Positions 1 through 10,825 of a DNA stretch of 64,000 nucleotides are shown here, one piece after another; positions within the stretch are counted from its first letter, which is position 1, and each line of letters starts with the position of its first letter. Location: NCBI GenBank assembly GCA_965541585.1, contig CBEUCH010000006.1, positions 32,001 through 96,000 of the forward strand, given 5' to 3'. Origin of the DNA: an uncultured bacterium. Lineage in GTDB: Bacteria; Zixibacteria; MSB-5A5; UBA10806. The position numbers were made by a program, and so were the translations under genes. The notes beneath the pieces are model-generated. The model ran no database searches. It was given only the letters and a program-made list of their open reading frames with translations, and was not told the origin of the DNA.

Positions 1-9
1 AGCTGCTAT

Positions 10-612
10 ATGAACATGATAAGCCAAATAGGCACATCACTTATTGCCGGGGCTGTTCTGCTGGGCCAGGGCGGGGATCCTCGCGGCAGGCAGGTCGATT
101 TTTTCAAAGAAGAAATAACCATGACCGTAACCGATTCGACGTCATCCATTTCGGGCGTCTATTATTTCCGGAACAACACCGAAAAGGATAAGCCGTTTGC
201 TGTAGCTTTTCCTTTCTATGTCGATGGTGTCTCGCATTACCCGCATGAAATAAGGGCCTATACCGTAGTTGACGGCGATACCGTCATTATTGAATCGGAT
301 TGCCTCGAGGGCCGCAACGTCATTCGCATGCGTATTCCCATGAGGCCGGAGGAGGTGACCGTCTGGCATCTGGACTATTCTCAGCGGATCGAATCGGATT
401 ATGCCCGCTACATCCTGACATCCACAAGCGCCTGGGGCAAGCCGCTGGAGGAGGCAACCTACCGGTTTATAATACCTGTGGATTACAGAATTATTGAAGT
501 CTGGCCCAGGGCGGATAAAGCCAGGAGGATTAAATCGACCATTGAAATGTGGTGTGAGAAGATCGATTTCATGCCCGATCAGGATATGAGGATTTTCTGG
601 GATCGAGAGTAG
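10..612 (+). CDS. secreted hypothetical protein (DUF4424-like)
   Basis: 200-aa ORF with N-terminal hydrophobic segment; 'F..E.I...V' start and 'RYILTSTSAWGKPL' motif resemble DUF4424-type proteins. Confidence 0.55.
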   Translation: MNMISQIGTSLIAGAVLLGQGGDPRGRQVDFFKEEITMTVTDSTSSISGVYYFRNNTEKDKPFAVAFPFYVDGVSHYPHEIRAYTVVDGDTVIIESDCLEGRNVIRMRIPMRPEEVTVWHLDYSQRIESDYARYILTSTSAWGKPLEEATYRFIIPVDYRIIEVWPRADKARRIKSTIEMWCEKIDFMPDQDMRIFWDRE

Positions 613-650
613 TGGCTTTGTTCAAAAATAAAAAATGGGGGTGAGAAGCT

Positions 651-2141
651 ATGAGAAGGATTACTGCTTTTGCGGTTATAATGAGCGTGGTTGCAGCGAT
701 GCCGTCCGCATTCGCGAATCCATTACCGGTCGTTAGTATTGAAGTTGTGAAGGCTTTTCCTCCGGAAATAACCGTAGAGTTCAATATTCCATTCGATATC
801 TCAGGAGACACGATTCATACGTCCGGCGGTTATGCTGTCATCGATTCCGGCGTGTTTGGCGATTACCATGATGTCATTATTCTGGATTCTTTAAATACCT
901 CCGGATTCATTCTTAATCCCGAAGGTGATGCTGTTATGCTGACGTCAGAGGAAGAATTCATTGATATGATGAATTATGGCACGCTTGGCCACGCGCCCCC
1001 GCCTATTCTGGGACATTACATTCTTACCGACCTCTATCTTCCTCCCGACGACTGGGAATATATGAATGTTTGGATTTTTGATTTTGCCGACCCCGGTTGG
1101 GGCAGGACAGAAATATTCATAAATGAGATTTCCGCCCACGCTTCATGGGAGGTCGGTTCGGGATTTATCGAACTTTACAATAGTTCGGATACAGCAATAA
1201 GTTTATCGGGATGGTCTATTGTCTGCGATACTATATGCACCATTTCCGCTGACGCCATAGTGTTTCCAGGGGGATTATACGTTTTGGACGAACCAGCCTT
1301 TCCCTCCGGGTTTGATATGGACTGGGATGCAGACAACATCTATCTTATAAGCGCTGATTCTCAGCTGGTAGATCAGGTTGGCTGGTCATCCGACCACGGA
1401 GAGAATGTATCTTTTATGCGCTATCCCGATGGTGATGTCGATGCAACGTATTGGTACTATAGTTTTTGGGGATATAATGATGGAACCTCATCCCACACCT
1501 TCGAAAACGGCTTCCCCAGCCGTGGCGCCCCCAACCGGCATGATTCTCCCGGCTTTGTAGTCATCGGGACCAGGGCTATAGGCGGCGAGGCCTGGGTCGA
1601 TCTGCACTGGACCAACCCGATCTGGGAACCACAATTTGATATCTCGGTAGCGGTTCGCAGTGAAACGGGATTTCCGGAGACGCCGGATGATGGCATCATG
1701 ATCTACGAAGGCGACGCACAGCACGTGACCGATACTGAGGATCTCTTTCCCGGTATATGGTATTATTACACGGTTTTTGCCAGGAATGATGGCGGCGAGT
1801 ATTCTGTTCCTACGTATGAATCGAGAGACAGCGTCATGCTAAGTGGCGTAAGAGTCACGGAAGATGTGGAGTTGCCCCAGCGGATTTCCTATCTGAAAAG
1901 CTATCCCAATCCGTTTAATGCACTTACTACGCTGCAATACGACCTGCTTCAATCCTCCGGTATAACAATCGAGATCTGCAATATAGTCGGCCAGCGGGTA
2001 GCTACCCTGTTCGAAGGCATCCAGCAGGCAGGTGAGCACACCCTCACCTGGGACGCCTCAGGTTTCCCCTCCGGCGTTTATTTTGCGAGGTTGGAGGCGG
2101 GGAAAGATTCTGAAAGTATAAAAGTAGTGCTATTGAAATAG
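651..2141 (+). CDS. secreted lamin-tail-domain/FN3-like protein with T9SS type A-like C-terminal sorting domain
   Basis: Signal peptide; 'IFINEI...FIELYN...SLSGWSI' lamin-tail motif; C-terminal 'YPNPFNA...SGVYFARL...KVVLLK'. Confidence 0.8.
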   Translation: MRRITAFAVIMSVVAAMPSAFANPLPVVSIEVVKAFPPEITVEFNIPFDISGDTIHTSGGYAVIDSGVFGDYHDVIILDSLNTSGFILNPEGDAVMLTSEEEFIDMMNYGTLGHAPPPILGHYILTDLYLPPDDWEYMNVWIFDFADPGWGRTEIFINEISAHASWEVGSGFIELYNSSDTAISLSGWSIVCDTICTISADAIVFPGGLYVLDEPAFPSGFDMDWDADNIYLISADSQLVDQVGWSSDHGENVSFMRYPDGDVDATYWYYSFWGYNDGTSSHTFENGFPSRGAPNRHDSPGFVVIGTRAIGGEAWVDLHWTNPIWEPQFDISVAVRSETGFPETPDDGIMIYEGDAQHVTDTEDLFPGIWYYYTVFARNDGGEYSVPTYESRDSVMLSGVRVTEDVELPQRISYLKSYPNPFNALTTLQYDLLQSSGITIEICNIVGQRVATLFEGIQQAGEHTLTWDASGFPSGVYFARLEAGKDSESIKVVLLK

Positions 2142-2196
2142 ATGGATTGTAATGTGGCCAAATACAGGTCAATCGTTTGAACAAGGAGAGAATACT

Positions 2197-4008
2197 ATGA
2201 GAAAAATCCGGTTTGCGGTTATACTCGGGGTTTTTATTATTTCAAACAGCATTTCTGCTGAATCAATACCCCATTTCACAGACTTCTTAGAATATAATGT
2301 GGCGGCATTGAGCGGAGAGAATTGTCTTCTTACATCAAAGTCGGACGTGCCTTCTATTAAGTGCGGTACTCCCGTAACAGTCGCGCTGAATGCTCTGAGG
2401 TCATGGAATAAAAATATTGAATTAAGCACGCTTTTAAATCGCCCGGATTATTTACCCGATACCCTGGGTGGAGAAAACATTCTCGTTCATTACACGACTT
2501 CGGGAATCCATGCCCCCTACCAGGTTGACGTGGACGTCGATCCCGCCGACGGTATTCCGGATTACATAAACAGAGTTGCTGAGGTTTTTGAATATGTCCG
2601 GGATTACCAGATAGTCACTCTGGAGTATAGCATACCCCCTGTCGATTTTGGGCGTGGCGGCGATGACAGGTATGACGTATATGTTGAAAACCTCGGAGCA
2701 GGGTTTTATGGATTTACAACTCCCGAAGATCTTATAGATGAGTACCGTGCGAACAGTTACATCAGCATAGAAAACGATTTTGCCGGAACGTATTACAGTA
2801 ATAACCCGGTGGACGGTATGAAGGTAACGGCCGCTCATGGATTTTTCCACGCGGTTCAATTTGGCTATGATGTTTTTGAATACGATTTTGAGGACCCGAA
2901 TGATCCCTTTACATATAAGCCATGGTGGATGGAAGCCTCGGCTGTTTGGATGGAAGATATTATTTACGATGAAATCAACGACTATATTTCTTACCTGCCG
3001 TTCTTTTATGGATATCCCTGGATGGGGCTGGGAACCTTCTCGTATAATTATGGCGATCCTCCTCGTGTATTTCACCCCTATGCGTCCTGTGTATGGCCGA
3101 TATACTTGACGGAAAGATTCCATACGGGAATTATCAGGGAGATCTGGGAAGGATGTGGTTCAATCGAAGGGTATAATACTCTCACCGCCACGGAGGAGGC
3201 CCTGCAGCCGGTTACATCGCTTTCGAAAAGTTTTCTGGAATTCTCCGTCTGGAATTTTCATACCGGCTCGTTTGCCGATACGACCGCCTTTTTCAGTGAA
3301 GGACACTTATTCCCTGAGATGGACACTACCTTTTATATTCATGAATTGACTGCGGAACCTGTGGTAATAGGAAATTCCCTCAACCCGCCCGAGCATCTTG
3401 CGGCAAATTATATAGTAATCCGCGCCGGACAGGACTCAGGAGGAGTGGCGTTGAGTTTTGACGGACAGGACACGGATGACTCTGAATGGCACGTGGCAAT
3501 GCTCGGCTATGCGCCCGCGCAAAGCGAATGGATCGACATTCTCGTTGAGCCGAATACGGGCGAAGGTATGGGAGAATGGCATAACTGGAATCTCTACGAT
3601 GATATAGTGGTTATTCCGACCGTCTCGGGAGTTTCACCATTGTACGAACCATATTCATATCAGGGTTGGGTGGCATATGATCCAAGCCTTGTCGGCGACT
3701 CAACCGTTTCAATATGGCCTGACGATTCTAAAGATATTACGCCAGGAGAATTCTTGATGCTTTCGAGCTACCCCAATCCATTTAATACAACTATAACGCT
3801 GCAATATAATCTGCTTCAATCCTCCGGTGTGAGAATCGAGATCTACAATATAGCAGGCCAGAGGGTGGCCACTCTATTCGAGGGCATCCAGCAGGCAGGT
3901 GCGCATAGTATCAGCTGGGATGCGTCTAATTTCCCCTCCGGCGTTTACTTTGCCCGGCTGGAGGCGGGGAATCATTCTAAAAGTATGAAGATGGTGTTGT
4001 TAAAATAA
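2197..4008 (+). CDS. MXAN_6640-like zinc metalloprotease homologue with T9SS-like CTD (HExxH reads HGFFH)
   Basis: AAGGAG RBS before ATG 2197; 'TAAHGFFHAVQFGY...WWMEASAVWMED' zincin-like motif; CTD 'YPNPFN...KMVLLK'. Confidence 0.75.
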   Translation: MRKIRFAVILGVFIISNSISAESIPHFTDFLEYNVAALSGENCLLTSKSDVPSIKCGTPVTVALNALRSWNKNIELSTLLNRPDYLPDTLGGENILVHYTTSGIHAPYQVDVDVDPADGIPDYINRVAEVFEYVRDYQIVTLEYSIPPVDFGRGGDDRYDVYVENLGAGFYGFTTPEDLIDEYRANSYISIENDFAGTYYSNNPVDGMKVTAAHGFFHAVQFGYDVFEYDFEDPNDPFTYKPWWMEASAVWMEDIIYDEINDYISYLPFFYGYPWMGLGTFSYNYGDPPRVFHPYASCVWPIYLTERFHTGIIREIWEGCGSIEGYNTLTATEEALQPVTSLSKSFLEFSVWNFHTGSFADTTAFFSEGHLFPEMDTTFYIHELTAEPVVIGNSLNPPEHLAANYIVIRAGQDSGGVALSFDGQDTDDSEWHVAMLGYAPAQSEWIDILVEPNTGEGMGEWHNWNLYDDIVVIPTVSGVSPLYEPYSYQGWVAYDPSLVGDSTVSIWPDDSKDITPGEFLMLSSYPNPFNTTITLQYNLLQSSGVRIEIYNIAGQRVATLFEGIQQAGAHSISWDASNFPSGVYFARLEAGNHSKSMKMVLLK

Positions 4009-4045
4009 AAATTATCAGATTATTCCTCTGGACCTGGAGGTAAAG

Positions 4046-4951
4046 ATGAAAAGAGCATTATTGATTGCGTTAATTGTCAGTCTATTCGGGTACGCGGCCT
4101 TCGCACAGGACTTAAACAAGATCGTCTTCGGGCCGCTGGAGGGCGACGATGCCGGCGTATTGACCGTGCGCAACGGCAATGATATAGAGATCGAGATGTG
4201 GGTGCGGACAGATCCCGGCAATCCTGCGGAGGTTGTAGGTATATCCCATGGTCTCTTGTCCGAGGATGCCATTATTGCCGTGCGTAACGGCGTAGAAATC
4301 AATCCGGATTATGATGTGCCCAACTGGGAGATGGTCGGGGTCGAAGGCCCGTACATATACAATCCCGCCGACAACTATCCGATCCCGCAAGGGTACACAT
4401 GTGAAATGCAGTATGCTATCTGGTGCGTATTCGGGATTTGCTACAATCCCTTAGACACCCAGGGGGAATGGGAATATTATGGCGCTTTTCTGATGACCTG
4501 CAATACGGACGTCACCGTTGAGGATACATACTATCCGTTCTCGATCGGTTGGTATCCTCATAATAACAACCAGAGTACCCTTTGGGCATTTGCAGCCCCC
4601 CCGGGCGGCAGTGTTATCCCGGAGCAGGATTACTGCGGGCTTTATTTTGAGTCCGAGGTAGGCATCGATGATGATACAAATATCCCCGTAGAATTTTCTC
4701 TTTTTCAAAATTACCCCAATCCGTTCAACGCTCAAACCACCATTGAGTACGGTTTACCGATCGCATCACATGTTGTTATTGAAATCTATGACCTCCTCGG
4801 CAACAGGATAATAGCCCTTATCGACGAGAGTCAGGAAGCTGGACATCATCAGGTTACCTGGAATGCTGAGAGCCAATCTTCAGGAATGTATTTCTACAGG
4901 GTTCAGGCTGGGAAATATGTTGAGACAAGGAAGATGTTGCTATTGAAATAA
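4046..4951 (+). CDS. secreted protein, beta-rich N-terminal domain + T9SS-like CTD
   Basis: GGAGG RBS, signal peptide, CTD 'NYPNPFNAQT...KMLLLK'; N-domain paralogous to next gene. Confidence 0.8.
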   Translation: MKRALLIALIVSLFGYAAFAQDLNKIVFGPLEGDDAGVLTVRNGNDIEIEMWVRTDPGNPAEVVGISHGLLSEDAIIAVRNGVEINPDYDVPNWEMVGVEGPYIYNPADNYPIPQGYTCEMQYAIWCVFGICYNPLDTQGEWEYYGAFLMTCNTDVTVEDTYYPFSIGWYPHNNNQSTLWAFAAPPGGSVIPEQDYCGLYFESEVGIDDDTNIPVEFSLFQNYPNPFNAQTTIEYGLPIASHVVIEIYDLLGNRIIALIDESQEAGHHQVTWNAESQSSGMYFYRVQAGKYVETRKMLLLK

Positions 4952-4969
4952 ATCGTTAAGAGGGAAGCG

Positions 4970-5845
4970 ATGAAAAGAGTATTGCTTATATCGTTGATTG
5001 CTTTGTTTGCAGCAACTGTAGCCTTCGCCCAATCCAACAGAATCGTCTTCGGGCCGCTGGAGGGAGATGATGCCGGCGTATTGACCGTGCGCAATGGCGA
5101 GGAAATAGAGATTGAGGTGTGGGTGCGGACTGACCCCGATAATCCGGCTCCCGTCGTCGGTCTTGCGCATGGTCTTTTGTCCGAGGATGCGATTATAGCT
5201 GTCCGTAACGGATTTGAGATTGATCCGTATTATGATGGGTGGGAGTTAATTGTCGTCGACGGACCATTCTTTTACAATCCAGCCGATAACTATCCCATCT
5301 TCCCGGGGTACACATGTGAAATGCAGGTCGCGATCTATTGCGTTTTCTGTCCACCTCCACTTCCTAATCCACTCGATACCGACGGTGAATGGGATTATTA
5401 CGGCTCATTTCTGATGACCTGCAATACTGATGTTCCTTCAGATGATACATACCACCCATTTTCGATGGGTTGGTATCCGCAAAACAACAATAGTACCAAG
5501 TGGGCATTTGACGGGGGCGGCAGCGTTGTCCCGGAGCAGGATTACTGCGGGCTTTATTTCGAAGCCGGTGCCTGTGTCTATCTTCCGGGGGATGTCAACC
5601 ACAACGGCTCCCCGCTTGAGATTGTGGATATCTTTGCTATGATTTCAAGCTATAGAGGTACGGTGGAGCCGTATTACGAATGCGAATGCGACCTGGATCC
5701 CGTGAATCATAATTTCGCCGCCACGGCCGACCCCAACGGCAATTGTATACCCAACGAGATTATTGATGTCGTGACCGAGTTGAATGCTTATCGGGGAACC
5801 ATGACAGTTTCCGGGTGCCCGGATTGCCCGGGTTCGGGGAGGTGA
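4970..5845 (+). CDS. secreted protein, same N-terminal domain + Cys-rich dockerin-like C-terminal domain
   Basis: Shares 'IVFGPLEGDDAGVLTVRNG...EQDYCGLYFE' with 4046-4951, then 'GDVNHNG...D' and 'ADPNGNC...DVV' duplicated Ca-loop-like motifs. Confidence 0.75.
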   Translation: MKRVLLISLIALFAATVAFAQSNRIVFGPLEGDDAGVLTVRNGEEIEIEVWVRTDPDNPAPVVGLAHGLLSEDAIIAVRNGFEIDPYYDGWELIVVDGPFFYNPADNYPIFPGYTCEMQVAIYCVFCPPPLPNPLDTDGEWDYYGSFLMTCNTDVPSDDTYHPFSMGWYPQNNNSTKWAFDGGGSVVPEQDYCGLYFEAGACVYLPGDVNHNGSPLEIVDIFAMISSYRGTVEPYYECECDLDPVNHNFAATADPNGNCIPNEIIDVVTELNAYRGTMTVSGCPDCPGSGR

Positions 5846-5847
5846 AA

Positions 5848-8028
5848 ATGAGCCGCGTAATTTCAAAAAAGATCGTCAGAAGGCTCTTAGCCGCCAGTTT
5901 TGTCCTTCTTTTGGTTGAAGAAGCAAAAGCCCAGGAGATCGAATATGTGGGTTCTAATTATCTCGGTGGACGAATCAGGGGATTGCACGTAAATGAACCG
6001 TACGCCATTTGTGGTATGAAAAACGGTTTCCAGATTCTTGACGTATCCAACCCTGAGGCAATTTCGAAAATGGGGGGCAATCCGTTTGTCGGCAGCGTAC
6101 GTGGGTTCGCAGTTTCCGGTACATACGCATATGCTACGACCTTTGAATATGAATCTGGAAGATTCTTCATATTGGATATACAGGACGTTCAAAATCCTGT
6201 GATCACTGGAGTTCTTGATCCTGTCGGCAGAGGGCAGCTGGATGTTTCAGGCGACTACGCCTATATCCTCGATTATAACCGGACAATTGATATTGTTGAT
6301 ATATCCGATCCATTCAATCCCGAGTTGGTAGGGGAGTATGTAAGTTCGAATACTATCAACGATATATTTATTTCCGGCACGTATGCATATCTTGGAGTAG
6401 AGGGTGGATGGCTTGAAATAGTCGATATTTCGAATCCGGTGGAGCCCGTTCTTATTACGCGATATTTTAGCGCTTTAAGTGATCACTTCAGAGAAGTATT
6501 CATATCCGGCGCATATGCATATTGCGCGGTCCTTTCATCCAGCGGAATCGAGATTGTGGATATTTCAGACCCCTTGAGCCCGGCATACGTTGGTCACCTT
6601 GAAGCCGGATGGGGCGTCGGGGATATCTTCGTCGAGGGAAATTACCTGTATGCAATTCAAGAATGGATATTCGATGAGGCGCTCTTCATAATTGTTAATG
6701 TAGAAGATCGTGAGAATCCATACTTAGAATGGAGCAACAATATTGGTAGCATTATGACTGATTTAAACGTATTCGTTTCTGATGATCGGGCATATCTTAC
6801 AATTAGTTCTTATCTGGCCATTATGGATGTCAGTACGCCTTCGTCTCCTGTCCTTCTTGGTGAATACAGATCATGGTACACTTTGGATAGGATATCGACG
6901 ACGGGGGCTCACGCCTTTGGGCTCCTATCCCATTTTCTCTACGTATTTAATATAGCAGATAATACTAGTCCTGAAGTTGTTGCGGCCTATGATCACGGAA
7001 TCGGGCGCAGTGTCTGTGATATAGCCGTTGCTGGAAATTTCGCATATGTTACTATTTTTACGGGCGGATTTGACATAGTTGATGTTTCAATACCCGAATC
7101 CCCCACCCTCGTCGGAGAGTATGAAGCTTCATCCGCCAGGGGTATAGACATTCAGGGAGATTATGTGTACTTATCGGCCAACCTGAACGAGTTGCACATA
7201 GTCGACATCAGTGATCCCTCTGATCCAACCCTGATAGGGGAATGCGGCGTAGAATGGATCGAAGATGTTATGGTGCAGGATGATCTGGCTTTTATCGCCC
7301 GAAAACCACGCCAGGATGACAATTATGGCTTCATGATAGCGGATATTTCAGATCCGACAGCGCCTGTCCTTATAGGGGGCTGTGAGATTCCTGATGCAGT
7401 AAGTGTATTTGTTCAGGGGCAATATGCTTATTTGGCCCTTTGGAGTTATGGGATCGTGATTATAGACGTCAGCGATCCTTACAATCCACTCGTGGCATCT
7501 TACTATGATACTGGCTGGGTGTCGATTCATGTTTATACCTAGGGAAATTATGCTTACATAACTGATTCTTGGGGTGGTCTGATTATTATCGACATTTCAG
7601 ATCCCTTCGATCCCGCATTCGTAACAGCGTATGACACACCTGGGGAGGCATGGACCAGTCACGTTGAGAGCGGGTACATTTATGTCGCCGATTACTATTC
7701 TCTAATGATTCTCAGATTCATTGGCGGTTCCTGCGATTATACTCCCGGCGATTGTGACCATGACGGCTTCCCGCTGGAGCTCAATGATGTGCTGACTATG
7801 ATCGGGAATTACAGGGGCACGGTAGCGCCCTATTATATATGTGATTGCGGAGTCGATCCACCGGGGTCTTATTTCGCAGCCACGGCCGATCCCAACGGCA
7901 ACTGCGTGGCCAACGAGCTCACCGATGTTGTCATCGAGATAGGGGCATATCGGGGGTTGGCTGAAGTATCCGGCTGCCCGGATTGCCCGGGCTCAGGATT
8001 ACTTCTTCGGGGTGGTGGAATTAGATGA
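5848..8028 (+). pseudogene. LVIVD-repeat beta-propeller protein with dockerin-like tail, interrupted by in-frame TAG at 7540-7542
   Basis: Many 'GxYAY...IVDISDP' repeats; the frame continues after TAG (GNYAYITDSWGGLIIIDISDP...) straight into ORF 7705-8028. Confidence 0.75.
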
Positions 8029-8118
8029 TATTTAGTATCTTTTAGTAAGGGATTTGATTAATCAGATCCTAATCTGACTTCAAACTGCTGTAAATTCTCA
8101 AAGCGACGGGAGACAATA

Positions 8119-9786
8119 ATGAAAAGGGGTCTAACACTTTTATCCGGGGCGTTACTGATTAGTATTAATGCTAACGCACACGCTGGAATTGGCCCTCTCG
8201 GTGCGCAGCAAGAACAAATGGTCATGACAAACCTCTCGTCTATGCCTTTGGCCTTTGCAGAGAACAGAGGCCAGTGGGATGAGAAAGTGCTTTACAGGGC
8301 TGAAGCAGGAGGGGCGACGTTCTATTTTTGTCGCGACGAGGTGGCCTATCTGTTTGTGCGGGACACCGACGAGCTGCATGAGGAGCAGGTCTGGAGTTTT
8401 CCTGATATGCTTGACATGCCTGGGATGCCTGAGAGGTTTGAGCGCCCGCGTTATAAGGAAGAGGCCATGCTCATCAAGGCTCAATTCATAGGCGCCAATC
8501 TCAACCCCGAAATCATCCCTGACGACCGCCTGTCACACAACTGCAATTATTTCTATGGCAATGATCCCGCCAAATGGCGCACCGACGTGGCTAACTATTC
8601 AGCCATAACTTATAAAGACATCTGGCCAGGCATAGATTTGCGTTATTATGGCAATGGCCGAGGGATGAAATACGATTTCATCGTCAATCCCGGAGCCAAC
8701 ATATCCCAAATAGAAGTCCGCTACGATGGCGTGGATAATCTCGCTATCACGTCAAACGGCGACCTGCAGGCAGATACGAGGTTTGGCTTTATCTATGAGA
8801 ATATACCCTCAGTTTACCAGGAGATGGGGAGAACCAGGCATAATATTACAGGCCGGTATCGGATAGTAGAGCCCGGCGCCTTTGGATTTGAAATTGAAGG
8901 CTACAATCCATCTGTTGCCCTTGTGATAGACCCCGAGCTTGTTTACAGCACCTACCTCGGCGGCAGCAGCGATGAAGAATGCTATGGAATTGCGGTTGAC
9001 GGCTCAGGCTCGGCCTATGTGACGGGCCAAACCTCGTCTCCCGACTTTCCCACCGTCAATCCCCATGACGGAAATCACAACGGCTCTGCGGACGTTTTCG
9101 TGACCAAGCTGTCGGCTGCGGGAAGCTCCCTTATCTACAGCACCTACCTGGGCGGTAGCGACTTTGATGGCAGTACTGCCATTGCGGTTGACGACTCAGG
9201 CTGGGCCTATGTGACAGGCAGCACCTCCTCTTCCGACTTTCCCACAGTCAATCCGCACGATGGAAGTTACAACGACTTTTGGGACGGTTTCGTGACCGGG
9301 CTGTCGGCCTCGGGAACCTCCCTTGTCTACAGCACCTACCTGGGCGGTAATGACATGGATATCGGCTACGGCATTGCAGTTGACGGCTCAGGCTCGGCCT
9401 ATGTGACGGGCATGACCTTATCTTCCGACTTTCCCTTAGTCAATCCCTACGATGGACGCTTAAACGGCCATGATGATAGCTTCGTATCGAAGTTTGGGCC
9501 GGAGGCTGCGCCCTGCGAGTACGTTCCCGGCGATGTCGACCACAACGACGTGCCGCTGGAGCTCGTTGATGTGGTCACCATGATCGGCAATTACTGGGGC
9601 AGTTTAGCTCCGGCTTACATCTGCAATTGCGGAGTTGATCCCCCGGGGCCTGAGTTTGCCGCCACTGCCGATCCCAACGGCAACTGCGTGGCCAACGAAC
9701 TCACAGACGTTGTCACCGAGATAGCCGCCTACCGTGGATCGGCGGATGTTTCCGGCTGCCCGGATTGCCCGGGCTCGGGGAGATAA
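8119..9786 (+). CDS. SBBP-repeat (beta-propeller) secreted protein with dockerin-like tail
   Basis: 'F.ENRGQW', 'LVIDPELVYSTYLGG', three 'GIAVDGSGSAYVTG.T.S.DFP' repeats; same Cys-rich tail ending 'SGCPDCPGSGR'. Confidence 0.85.
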   Translation: MKRGLTLLSGALLISINANAHAGIGPLGAQQEQMVMTNLSSMPLAFAENRGQWDEKVLYRAEAGGATFYFCRDEVAYLFVRDTDELHEEQVWSFPDMLDMPGMPERFERPRYKEEAMLIKAQFIGANLNPEIIPDDRLSHNCNYFYGNDPAKWRTDVANYSAITYKDIWPGIDLRYYGNGRGMKYDFIVNPGANISQIEVRYDGVDNLAITSNGDLQADTRFGFIYENIPSVYQEMGRTRHNITGRYRIVEPGAFGFEIEGYNPSVALVIDPELVYSTYLGGSSDEECYGIAVDGSGSAYVTGQTSSPDFPTVNPHDGNHNGSADVFVTKLSAAGSSLIYSTYLGGSDFDGSTAIAVDDSGWAYVTGSTSSSDFPTVNPHDGSYNDFWDGFVTGLSASGTSLVYSTYLGGNDMDIGYGIAVDGSGSAYVTGMTLSSDFPLVNPYDGRLNGHDDSFVSKFGPEAAPCEYVPGDVDHNDVPLELVDVVTMIGNYWGSLAPAYICNCGVDPPGPEFAATADPNGNCVANELTDVVTEIAAYRGSADVSGCPDCPGSGR

Positions 9787-9820
9787 CGCATAGACGCAAT
9801 AAGTTTTAATCCAAACGCGC

Positions 9821-10713
9821 TTACGGGCCCGCTAAAAGTAATATGGCCACACCAACTACGGCTATGACGGTTCCCAGAATTGCATTTATCGTTATCCTGT
9901 CTTTGAAGATCCAGTAGGTAATTGGAATAAGAAATATCGGCGTGGTTGAGATCAGTGTCGATGCTATACCGATCCTGGCGTACTTGATCGCCACCAGCGA
10001 TAACCAGACCCCGACGAAAGGCCCAAAAATGAACCGGCTACAAGGGCTCCAAAGGCCTTCTTGTCTTTCAGGCTGATAAACGTCTGCTTGACCCTTCCTC
10101 TGACTATTGTGAAAAGCCAGATAACTACAACTCCGCATAATACGCGGATCAGATTTCCAGACAGCGTCGAGAATCCGCCCTCCAATCCCTTTTTGGAAAG
10201 AATCAGACCGAATGTTTGACCGAGCGCACCTCCCACGCCCAGCGTCATGCCCCAGAAGAGCCTCTTTCCCTTGACCCAGTTCTTATCTTTTTGTTTGTCG
10301 GCGACTACCCATATGATACCGCTGACCGTCAGCGTGATGGCGGTAACTTCCAGAACATTCAAAACCTCGCCTAAGAATATCCAGGCGAAGAGGGCACTCA
10401 TTATGGGGACCAGCGACATTAAAAGCATCGATACTCTGGTTCCCACTACAACAAAGGCCTCGAATAGCATGGCATCGCCGATAACGAATCCCACCAACCC
10501 GGAAATCCCCAGCCAGAACCAGCGCTCGGGGCCTGCATCTACAGGCATGAGGTTTCCCGTCGTAAGAAAATGAGTGAATAATAAAAATATTGCGGCTATC
10601 AAGAGCCTGATCCTGTTCACTATAGCCGAACCTACACGGATTCCGGCGATGGTGAAGAAGACTGAGGTGAACGCCCAGCAAAGCGCCGTAACCAGCCCCG
10701 CTATTTCTCCCAA
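9821..10713 (-). pseudogene. EamA/DMT family transporter, frameshifted near 10020
   Basis: Two overlapping hydrophobic ORFs; one added base in TTGGGCCTTTC restores 'GSFLGPFVGVWLSLVAIKY...STTPIF'. Confidence 0.75.
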
Positions 10714-10825
10714 GAATCCGTCCAGAGTAACTCCCTACGCCAGTATATTAAGGCGCAATGATAAATAATCTAAATTGAAACGCAAGAGAAATGAAGGAAA
10801 TGGTTCAGCAGGGATAAGTCTGATA

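Noticed and set aside
7540..7542. Genome-wide TAG recoding or pyrrolysine
   Set aside because: TAG ends many normal genes here (e.g. 612, 2141, 24590, 44525) and no pyl genes are visible.
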